From Octopus vulgaris (Eukaryota): a stretch of DNA of 64,000 bases. Position 1 is the first letter of the stretch. Every line of letters starts with the position of its first letter. The stretch is taken from NCBI GenBank assembly GCA_951406725.2, contig OX597821.1:36766001-36830000 (forward strand), given 5' to 3'. A program made the translations under genes and the position numbers. The notes below the pieces were generated by a model. The model ran no database searches and was not told the DNA's origin. It saw only the letters and a program-made list of their open reading frames with translations. This document shows, piece by piece, positions 26,898-38,494 of the stretch.

Positions 26898-28512
26898 GGA
26901 TCTTTTCGGTTTGAACGGCAGTTGGATCTTTTCTATTTTGAGGCCAGTTTTTTCAAATTTTTCCTACTGAACCAAACAATTTGAAACTTCGTATACTGGT
27001 AGAATGTGTCAAAAGTAAACTTAATTGTAAACCAGAATGAAAACGGAATTGTAACTTCTAAGTTTAACGTTGTTTAATAATTAGAATTTTAACCAATGAT
27101 ATTCCGTCATTCGGCTTTATTTTATTTACTCCGTCTCGACCACCAATTTCGTGACGTATTTAACATCTTAAATGTAAACAAGTCAGCCACCTTCTAATAA
27201 CAATATTTAAAACTAGTTAATAAGCCACATGTATTAAATTGAAAATGTTTCCATTCTGTATGTCTGCATGTATGTGTGTGTGTATGTATGTGTAAGTATG
27301 TGTGTGTGTGTATGTATGTATGTGTGTGTGTGTATGTATGTATAGCCGATTCATCGTAATCGTAATTATGATGAATTGGCCATACATACATAGATACATA
27401 CACACACACACATACATGCAGACATACATATACACATACACCGAGTAAAAAATTTCAGTTATCTCTCTCTTTCACACATTACTCTCTCTGTCTCTTCACA
27501 CACACTAACAGAAGCACTTCACTTACACAACATACTGTCTCCCACACCCCATCAAACACACACACACACACACATGTACATCAATGCTTCCCCTAGACGG
27601 TAACTTCAAAGACAAACTTCCCTCGTCATAAAATCGCTTCCTCTTAGTCTCTTTCGCTCTCATTACTTATGTAAAAAAAATAAAAGTTTTTTACGGAAAT
27701 CGACGGAAAACTTGTGCTACGACAAGCGAAACTTCGCCGAAATTTAATATTAAAAAAGCAAAGAGCTGGCAGAAACGTTAGCACGCCGGGCGAAATGCGT
27801 AGCCGTATTTCGTCTGCCGTGTTTGTTTACAGTTTTCCGAACGTTAGTACGTCACAAAAGCGCTTTCTACGTCACACTAATAGAATGCAGTCAAATTTTA
27901 CACATGAAAACAAACAATCTGATTGGTTAAAATTCGCAGTTTTAATCTACGAGTAAAGTCATAAAATAGATTTTTCTCAAATAAACTAGTTCCAACCTGT
28001 GTCTTGTTTTGCTAGACTCTATCAGCATACGAAGTTTCAGATTATTTAGTTAAGTAGAAAGATCTGTGGTCCTGGCTTCAGAATAGAAAAGATCCCGGCA
28101 GTTTTTAACATAATTTCTAGGTAACTAAAAAATTTTGAACTTCGTATACTGGTAGAATGTGTTTATAAAACATCTTTTTCTCTTGGCTTTATTGAGAAAA
28201 TTCTATCGTTTGTAAGATATTTGTTGGGTTTTTTTCTTCAATTTCTGCAATTTCAACCAATCAGTGACGTCTATTGAGGTAAAAAAACATTCTGTGCAGT
28301 ATGAATATGTCCCTCGTTTAAGAAACAGATTGGGTTTATTTACATATGTGAAGAAAAAAAGATACCCTTCCCCCCACCCCTAACCCTAACCCTAACTAAA
28401 CCTAACCCTAAAAGAGATTGAAATGCAATAGATCGATACTAGGGTCATAATTATGGGTGACAATTTCATATGACACCGCTAGAAAAAACTGCCGTTCAAA
28501 CCGAAAAGATCC
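26898..28512 (+). mobile_element. Merlin-like MITE family 2 interrupted in its left TIR
   Basis: 26898-26923 plus 28104-28512 rebuild the element seen at 16787-17223. Confidence 0.85.
26924..28095 (+). mobile_element. Merlin-like MITE family 3 nested in family 2, 8-bp TSD
   Basis: TIRs GGATCTTTTCTATTTTGAGGCCAG / CTGGCTTCAGAATAGAAAAGATCC. TSD CGGCAGTT at 26916-26923 and 28096-28103. Confidence 0.88.
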
Positions 28513-28810
28513 TTGGAACGTCTTTCATCATGTATCTGCTTCATCTGGCCTGAACATTTAACTCCTCGTTGTCCAGCCAATCTCACTGTATGTAGGTACA
28601 ATACTGCTGTAAATTTATGAAGCGTCAGCAAATAGTTTCAAAGTTTGGCAGAAAGCAATTCTAGGAAAGGAGATCAGTCGGTTATATCGCATCTTGTGCT
28701 CAACAGGCACTGATTTTATCGACTCCGAGAGAGTGAAAGGCGAAGTCTCTTTTGCTATATTACGGGTACGTAAACAAACCAACGCCGGTTATCAATTTAT
28801 TCCCAAATAT

Positions 28811-28863
<53 letters not shown>

Positions 28864-29072
28864 GTATATACCAATAAGAAAATGGAGGGGATCAATAGGT
28901 GGTTCGTCAACTTTTAGATATTATGTTATGTTAACTTATATATTTACTAAACTGATAATTACAATAATATACATACATATAACATATTATGCTTTACACA
29001 TAAGATATAAAATATATTAATATATAAGGATACCAGTAATTATTATAAATAACATGAATATAAATTGGGAAA

Positions 29073-29201
29073 ATAACTTACAGCAGTTTCAGCCAAGAGG
29101 TAGAAATACCACGTTCTACCTTTATTACTCAAGTGGAGTAAAGTAACAGGTAGATGAAAATGAGGTACTTGGGTATATCTCTAGGCTTCGTCAGAGATTA
29201 T
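29073..29201 (-). ncRNA. type-I hammerhead motif with greatly extended stem II, inside an AT-rich repeat (~28871-29260)
   Basis: ATAA(T)CT-CTGACGA-AGCCTAGAG...CTCTTGGCT-GAAA-C TGCT G-TA-AGTTAT. Core nucleotides canonical, GUA cleavage triplet. Confidence 0.65.
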
Positions 29202-29281
29202 AAAGTACATAATGTTAAGTTATAAATAAATATAAATATAGAATAAATAAAAAATACACACACGTTTGAATACTTATATAA

Positions 29282-29316
<35 letters not shown>

Positions 29317-29350
29317 CATATATAGATATACATAGATACATATATATATA

Positions 29351-29550
29351 GGGAGAGTTTACGAAAAAAACAAAAGACGAAGACAGGTGGTGTACAAAAC
29401 AAACATATGTATTAGTATAACGCTCAGAAATAGAAAAAGTATTTTACATTTCGAGCCTACGCTCTTCTACAGAAAGGGACACAGAAAAAACAAGGAGAGA
29501 AACAAAGAGAAAAAAAAATGTGTGTAGTGGCTAACGATCTATCATGGCGA
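29351..29550 (-). mobile_element. ~200-bp repeat with variant minimal hammerhead (29440-29476), 3' end at (TA)n
   Basis: CTGTAGAA-GAGC GTAG GCTC-GAAA-TGTA; second copy at 51101-51311. Confidence 0.6.
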
Positions 29551-29825
29551 CTAGTGCCGGACAGTATGTATATACTGAAATATACGTACATATTTGCATT
29601 TATAAGCATATACAATAATCAGTTATTACTAATATTATTATGGATATTATATGCATTCTTTTATTCACAATAGATATAATATAGAATATAGAATATAATA
29701 TATAAACAGATATTTTTTTTCACATATTTATGGATATACATATATATGTATATGTTTATGTATACTATATACATGTATATATGCACACATATATATATAT
29801 ATATGTATGTATGTATGTTTTATGT

Positions 29826-30143
29826 CGGAGTTATCCCAGTTACCTGAGTTACCTTCTCCTAGAAGGATGCCCTAACAATGGCTAGGAGTCCTTCACTCCC
29901 AATGGTTTAACCGCGCGATCGGGTATTCAGTCCGATTATTTCTATGTCCCCGGCTCAGTGGTTACCGATGATGTTGACTTGTTCTTCTTTTCGGATTATG
30001 GCTGCTGTTGCTTAGTGAGTGGGATTGACTCAGGGCACAGCCTTTCCTCACTTTAAAAAAATCTTCTTGCACAGGCATTGCACGATAACAACATTAATTA
30101 AGCTTCGTGCAATGGCCATGCTCGATAACGAGGGGGCAGCCAC
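29826..30143 (+). mobile_element. short non-autonomous RTE-like element (5' head joined to 3' tail) in (TATG)n
   Basis: 5' GAGTTACCTTCTCCTAGAAGGATGCC and 3' ATGCTCGATAACGAGGGGGCAGCC+(ATGT)n resemble RTE-clade termini from memory. A related head lies at ~7400-7495. Confidence 0.45.
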
Positions 30144-30837
30144 CATGTATGTATGTATGTATGTATGTATGTATGTATGTATGTATGTATGTATGTATGT
30201 ATGTACGTATGTATAAGCGTATATGTATGTGTTACTTTGTATATAGGAGGGTGGGCGTAATAAGGAATTTTTACTGCATTTTTGAATTTTGAGACAAAAT
30301 ATATTTTTTACAAATGTCCACTACCTTACAAAACCTTTATCAGCAAAGCAAATGACCTTCTCTGAATGCATTAAAAGCATTGTAACATGATCTGATCACT
30401 ATTTCAGAAAATTATTGCCGTTCTCTTTGAGCATAAGAATTTAGCTGGGGCAGAATGAGTAAGTCAAGACAATTTTCCAGAATCACACTTGAATATCCAT
30501 CCTTATACATAAATAAGATCAGAAATGCAAAATTAAATTTTAAATATCTAGGTCAAATGAAAGAGGATCATGGGAAAATGGCATATGCAATAAACTAACG
30601 AAACTCGACTAAATAAAAAAACTCAACATGAAATATTCTCTATAGCGTCTTCACCATTTTCTGGAGTGGCTCTCTTCTAGATATATTTATGTACCATGCA
30701 ATCAAAGTGAAGAAATTATTGAAATGTGTTATTACGCAATTTATCCCATTTTAGATATAAGTTTCTGAATATTAAAAATTATCAAATTAGACTTTTGTGT
30801 GGAAAAAAATTAACTTGGAATACAACAGAGAAAAGAA

Positions 30838-31572
30838 TATTCTTTTCTACTCAAGGCCCAACATTTTTGTGGAGGTGGGCCCAGTCGATTAGATCGACCC
30901 CAGTACGTAACTGGTATTTATTTAATTGACCCCGAAAGGATGAAAGACCAAGTCGACCTCGGCGGAATTTGAACTCAGAAAGTAGCGGCAGACGAAATAC
31001 CTATTTCTTTATTACCCACAAGGGGCTAAACACAGAGAGGACAAACAAGGACAGACAAACGGATTAAGTCGATTACATCGACCCCAGTGCGTAACTGGTA
31101 CTTATGATGAAAGTCAAAGTCGACCTCGGCGGAATTTGAACTCAGAAAGTAACGGCAGAAGAAATACCTATTTCTTTACTACCCACAAGGGGCTAAGCAC
31201 AGATAGGACAAACAAGAACAGACAAACAGATTAAGTCGATTACATCGACCCGAGTGCGTAACTGGTGCTTAATTTATCGACCCCGAAAGGATGAAAGGCA
31301 AAGTCGACCTCGGCGGAATTTGAACTCAGAAAGTAGCGGCAGACGAAATACCTATTTCTTTACTACCCACAAATGGCTAAACACCGAGGGGACAAACAAG
31401 GACAGACAGACGGATAAGTCGATTACATCGACCCCAGTGATTAACTGGTACTTTATTTAATCGACCCCGAAAGGATGAAAGGCAAAGTCAACCTCGGCGA
31501 AATTTGAACTCAGAACGTAACGGCAGGCGAAATACCGCTAAGCATTTCGGCCGGCAGCCAGCTCGCCACCAT
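30838..31572 (-). mobile_element. multimeric SINE family A: one head plus four B-box bodies within one TSD
   Basis: Unit junctions at 31001, 31168 and 31352 (full unit 184 bp). TSD CAACAGAGAAAAGAA at 30823-30837 and 31573-31587. Confidence 0.9.
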
Positions 31573-32129
31573 CAACAGAGAAAAGAACATTGATTGTTAA
31601 ACACCAAAAATTATCCAGATATTTTATTTGTAATCTCAATTACAATCGGGTCAAAGTCGAAGAAAAATTTCTTGAAAAAAAAATACCTGACAATGACGAT
31701 GTGTCGAACAACAAAGTTGACCAATTTTCACTCCTAAGGATGATGCAACAATACAAAAGAATGATTCAATACTTGCAATGTAATGATTCCAAACAGGTAG
31801 GTGGGGGAAAATAGCGAGAAATCAGAAATTACTAATTTTACCCCGGTTACTACTCTCCTCTCCCCATATACGATTGGCAGATGTTGGGTATAGGGGTACG
31901 CAAGCTGATTCGTGTGTTATCGCTGTAATTTAAGTAAGTAACTATAGCAGCATGATTCTTAAATAACTCAACCAAAGGTGCATGGTTGAGCAACGGCCTT
32001 GTAATTCGACTGCAACGTTGTCTGGTGAAGTCATCCGAAGCGGAGAGAAAGTTAAACACGATCGCTGCAGCAACAGAAACACAGTAACAATATACACACA
32101 CATACACACATATATATATGTATGCGTAC

Positions 32130-34052
<1,923 letters not shown>

Positions 34053-34057
<5 letters not shown>

Positions 34058-34218
34058 TAGAGATAAAACCACTATTAGGCAAATCAAACAGTGAAAAACA
34101 TAAACCAAAACATAGAAATAAAATTAATTAATATATTAATTAATTAATTTTATTTCTATGTTTTGGTTTGTTTTTTTCACTGTTTGATTTGCCTAATAGT
34201 GGTTTTATCTCTAATTTA
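34053..34218. repeat. near-perfect palindrome (~80-bp arms) of the repeat tail also seen at 527-590
   Basis: TAAATTAGAGATAAAACCACTATTAGGCAAATCAAACAGTG...CACTGTTTGATTTGCCTAATAGTGGTTTTATCTCTAATTTA. Confidence 0.92.
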
Positions 34219-34560
34219 ATATATGTATATATATATTTATACTGTAAAATTAGATTTAATCCTAAATCTAATTTTTCCCTGTAAGTTTGGATTTACTCCC
34301 TAATGTTATTATATATATATATATATATATATACATATACACACACATGTGTATGTATGTGTGTGTGATATGATCTAGGAAGTTTACATGTCATCAGAAT
34401 ATAAATCTTTCTTCGATTGTCATTTATAGGGTCGACGAGGTTCAGCGTGGGTCAAGTGTGCTATTGGAAAGCAATGATTTGCGCATGCAACGATCGAATT
34501 GAATGTTGTGGGAATGAGTATGTAGGAGGTGAGAATCTACGGGTTGTGTACGTGCGTACG

Positions 34561-34592
<32 letters not shown>

Positions 34593-34962
34593 TGTGTGTG
34601 TGTGCGTGCATGCGTATGTGCGCGCGTATGTGGGTGTAGTCTATGGACTGTCGAATGTCGATTCTGTAGAGCAGCAATCCACAACCTTTTTTGCACCACA
34701 AATCTGTTTCAGGTAAAACAATTTTTCCAAGGACCATTTGATCACGCTCATAATAAAAATGCATAATTATTACTTTATTACGCACAATAAAGCGCATAAT
34801 ATATAATTTAATTACTACATATTCTACAATACATATATATTACATATATATATATAATACGTGTATAATATAAAAACTATCCTGCAGAGTACGATAGTCG
34901 ATAAAAAAGAAATAAAATTTAGGAATCTATTCTTTCTGTGCGGCCCGGCACTGCCCTGTAGT

Positions 34963-35051
34963 CTGGTTGTTGGTATCCCCTGCTACAGAGTATAATTTTA
35001 CGCCAATAGACCGTAAAATAATACTCTGTATCAGGAGTTACCAACCACCAG
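34963..35051. repeat. inverted repeat with 40-bp arms and 9-nt loop
   Basis: 34963-35002 versus 35012-35051, 5 mismatches. Confidence 0.9.
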
Positions 35052-35193
35052 GCTCATACTCTGTTGGAGGATCTTTGAAGGCGTTTGATGTGTCAATAGT
35101 TACTTAGTTATAAACTAAGTTACAACGCCCCTCACTCACACTTTGCCCCTGTCCATACTTCTCTCTCTCTGTCTCTCTGTCTCTCTCTCTCTG

Positions 35194-35235
<42 letters not shown>

Positions 35236-35567
35236 ATCTTTGTACTTGTGATATTTTGTTGTTTTCCCTCCATATCTACGTGAATTATTTTTGAGTAAGC
35301 ACTTTCAGGGAGATTCTTCTTAAAGTAGTAGAAATGGCTAAAGAAAAATTTTTGGGGGCTGCTATTTCTAAAAATTTCAGTATGTGGCAACGTAAATTAT
35401 TTTACTGAGCCCTTAATTATATAAAGTAATATTTTGAATACGCCTTGAATGGTCCTTTTACATACTGAAAAATACTTGGTGAAATTAATTAATAACTAAT
35501 TGATTTTACCCTTAATTATTGATATATATGTTAGTTAGTTAATTTGGCTCAAAAGCAAATAGCAAGG

Positions 35568-35585
35568 CCATGTAGGGGGACATGG
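35568..35585 (-). promoter_or_regulatory. LINE 3' UTR stem-loop (candidate RT recognition element)
   Basis: CCATGT-CCCCCT-ACATGG, a perfect 6-bp stem ~25 nt before the (TAAC)n tail. Confidence 0.55.
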
Positions 35586-35605
35586 AGTTAAGTACAGGGT
35601 GGTGT

Positions 35606-38494
35606 TCATGTAAAGAGTTCAGGCCACTTGAGGTCAAGGGAGGCTTTGAACAAAGCGGTCGTCGGCATCTTCACCATCTCGTCTGGCAGCTTGTTCCACG
35701 GATCCGCAACCCGGACGGAGAAAGCTCCTCTCCTTCGATTGAGATGAAATCGTCGCAGGTAGAGCTTTTCGGAATGACCCCGCAGCCGACGCTCTGGAGC
35801 AGGAGTGAAGAACAGCTCTTTCGAGAGGTTACACTTTCCGCTTATGATGTTGTGGGCGAGAATGAGATCACCACGGCGGCGGCGTTTTTCAAGAGAATAA
35901 AGGAAGAGCGTCCTCAGCCTTTCTTCGTAGGACAAATTTTTGAGACCATGAACCATGCGGGTAGCCAGCTTCTGGACTCTTTCGAGATGCTGTATGTCTT
36001 TGAGGAGATAAGGAGAAGAGGCTTGAATCCCATACTCCAATATGGGTCTCGCCAGCGTGACATAGAGTGGTAGGAATATGGCTGCTGTGAGCATTCCGAA
36101 TGACCGTCGAATCAAGAACAGAATTTCGCGTGCTTTGTTGGCAGCATGGACGCACTGGGCCGAAGGCGAAAAGGAGGAATCCACCAAGATACCTAGGTCC
36201 TTTACCTGATCGGTCCTCTCCAGCAGCAGACGACCCGGCTCGAAATCAAGTTGAGTTGCAGGAGTAGAGCCGACAGGCAGATGACAGCACTTTGACACGT
36301 TCAGACACAGGTCCCAATTGTTAGACCACTTCCAAATTTGGTGGAGGCATCGACGAAGATCCTCTATATTACCGCGAGGAGCGACCAGTTTGATATCGTC
36401 GGCAAATAGAAGGGTGTGTTGCGTGAGGTCGTCGGGCAAGTCATTTATGAAGACTAAGAACAACAAGGGCCCAAGCACTGAACCTTGAGGCACGCCACTG
36501 CTCGCACTGGAGACGTCGGACCGCGAACCATTAACTTGGACTTGGAAGGAGCGATCTGAGAGGAAGGCACCAACCCATCGTACAATATCCGGATGGAAAC
36601 TATATGCTTGAAGCTTGACAAGCAATAGGCGGTGGTTTACCGAGTCAAAAGCTTTGGCAAAGTCCAGTAAAACGATGTCAACAGCATCACTATCATCGAG
36701 GATGCGCGTCACCAATTCTTCCATTACTAGTAGGTTGGTCAAGCATGATCTCTTCGGCACGAAGCCGTGTTGGGAATCAGAGATAGAGGCTGTGTTTAGG
36801 AGGTGGAGCATCATACTTTTCTTCAGGATGGTTTCGAACATCTTGCTGATAATTGATGTAAGGGAAACCGGTCGGTAGTTAAGCGGGTCTTCGCGGCTCC
36901 CTTTCTTGAAAATTGGGCAGATTATCGCTGTTCTCCAGTCTGCAGGTATAACACCCGTCGCCAATGACATATTGAATAGTCGTGTTAAGGGCTCGCAGAT
37001 GACCGGAGCCAACGCTTTGATAACCCGTGGGTGTATGCCGTCAGGGCCGTGACCTTTGTTGACATCGAGGCCTTGAATAACACGTTTGACTTCGTCCCGC
37101 GTGATGACCAATCGAAGCATTGGAGGTACCGATCTATCAAATGGAGGGGGTTCACGACCATCATCTTGTTTGAAAATAGTTGAAAAAGCCTCGGCAAATA
37201 ATTGACTCTGTTGATAAGGGTCCTCAATCGATACGCCTGTTGAGTCTACCAACGTTGCAATCTGGTTGTTCAAGCGGGAATTCCGCTGGACATGGGCAAA
37301 GAAGGTTTTTGGATTGCTACTGGCATTTGCCGCGATTTTGTATTCGTAACTGAAGCGTTCTTTCTTTTCAATTTTCACGGCTCGGTCTCGTTGAGTTTTG
37401 TACACCTCAAAAGCTGCAGTCGAATCCAGATTTTTGAATTCAGCCCAAGCAATATCTCTGAGTCGACGTTCTCGTTTAACCCTCTTCGTCACCCAGGGCT
37501 TGTGTTTCTTCCTCTTGGGAAGCCCAACGAGAACTGCCTGGTCAGTCAAACAGATTACATATGCTTTGAGGGATGACCATAGTTCGTCAACTGAGGACAA
37601 CGTCATCAGGGATCGCCAGTCCAGAAGCGCGGAAGCCTCGGTTAGAATTTCAAGATTAATTGCAGAGAAGACTCTACGTGGCAGCGAAGTAGTCGTGGGC
37701 GTAGAAAAAGTTGTGTGCATGACGAACTTCAGGACCGCATGATCACTCTTGGCAAGAGGGGCGCACACAGATACGTCTGACACTGATCTTGGATAGCGGG
37801 AGAATACAAGATCTAGCATAGATGGCTGCTGCCCAGACCGATGCCTTGTCGGATATTCAACATGTTGCGATAGAAAACAATCTTCAGCCACGTCAAGAAG
37901 GGCCTGGCCGAACCGGGAAGATGTTGTACAAATTGATGCGGGCCAATCGATCGTGGGAGCGTTGAAGTCTCCTAGTACCAAACAGTCATGCGAAGCTGAA
38001 ACGAATCTTATCGCTTCGAGTAGATGAGCATCGTCCTTGGGGTCGGCAAGAGGCGGCCTGTAGACAGCCAACACGGGCAGGCAAAACTCAGATAGGCTCA
38101 GCTTGCAATAGACGGCATCGAATTTTGTTGTAGGCTGAGCATTAGTGGGTAGAATACCGCTGGACGGTTTGTGCTCAGACTTAACATACACAGCAACACC
38201 TCCACCTCGCCTTTTTCCTCTGTCACATCTGAAAAGGACGTAGCCCTGCAGGTGGATTTCTGAGTCCTTTACTGCTGGAGTCAGCCAAGTCTCGGTGATA
38301 GCTATCACATCAGGGGAGTCACGTATGGCCAGTGTAAATAGTTCACTGAACTTTGGGAATAAGGAGCACGAGTTGGTGTAGACGATGCTGAGCTGTGAAG
38401 TCTGAGGGGCGGGAGTTGGGGAGCAAGCAGAATAAGGGGTATCAGAGATAGCATCGTTGACGGGGGTATCAACTTCACTTCGATTTGTCCTCAC
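35606..38494 (-). CDS. LINE ORF2: APE endonuclease plus reverse transcriptase (962 codons from a GTG; frame open from 38722)
   Basis: YTN, ITETW, GGGVAVYV, GDFN, LDLVFS, SDH (APE); NYRPVSLTS, QHGF, LDFAKAFDSV, GVPQGSVLGP, LFADD, KDLGI (RT); LRGH and WNKLP C-terminus. No internal stops. Confidence 0.95.
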   Translation of the reverse strand: MRTNRSEVDTPVNDAISDTPYSACSPTPAPQTSQLSIVYTNSCSLFPKFSELFTLAIRDSPDVIAITETWLTPAVKDSEIHLQGYVLFRCDRGKRRGGGVAVYVKSEHKPSSGILPTNAQPTTKFDAVYCKLSLSEFCLPVLAVYRPPLADPKDDAHLLEAIRFVSASHDCLVLGDFNAPTIDWPASICTTSSRFGQALLDVAEDCFLSQHVEYPTRHRSGQQPSMLDLVFSRYPRSVSDVSVCAPLAKSDHAVLKFVMHTTFSTPTTTSLPRRVFSAINLEILTEASALLDWRSLMTLSSVDELWSSLKAYVICLTDQAVLVGLPKRKKHKPWVTKRVKRERRLRDIAWAEFKNLDSTAAFEVYKTQRDRAVKIEKKERFSYEYKIAANASSNPKTFFAHVQRNSRLNNQIATLVDSTGVSIEDPYQQSQLFAEAFSTIFKQDDGREPPPFDRSVPPMLRLVITRDEVKRVIQGLDVNKGHGPDGIHPRVIKALAPVICEPLTRLFNMSLATGVIPADWRTAIICPIFKKGSREDPLNYRPVSLTSIISKMFETILKKSMMLHLLNTASISDSQHGFVPKRSCLTNLLVMEELVTRILDDSDAVDIVLLDFAKAFDSVNHRLLLVKLQAYSFHPDIVRWVGAFLSDRSFQVQVNGSRSDVSSASSGVPQGSVLGPLLFLVFINDLPDDLTQHTLLFADDIKLVAPRGNIEDLRRCLHQIWKWSNNWDLCLNVSKCCHLPVGSTPATQLDFEPGRLLLERTDQVKDLGILVDSSFSPSAQCVHAANKAREILFLIRRSFGMLTAAIFLPLYVTLARPILEYGIQASSPYLLKDIQHLERVQKLATRMVHGLKNLSYEERLRTLFLYSLEKRRRRGDLILAHNIISGKCNLSKELFFTPAPERRLRGHSEKLYLRRFHLNRRRGAFSVRVADPWNKLPDEMVKMPTTALFKASLDLKWPELFT

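Noticed and set aside
30838-31572. Regularly spaced repeats as a CRISPR or tRNA array
   Set aside because: Whole units repeat without unique spacers and match SINE family A.
35582-37742. Plus-strand ORFs inside the LINE
   Set aside because: Antisense shadows of ORF2 with no recognisable motifs.
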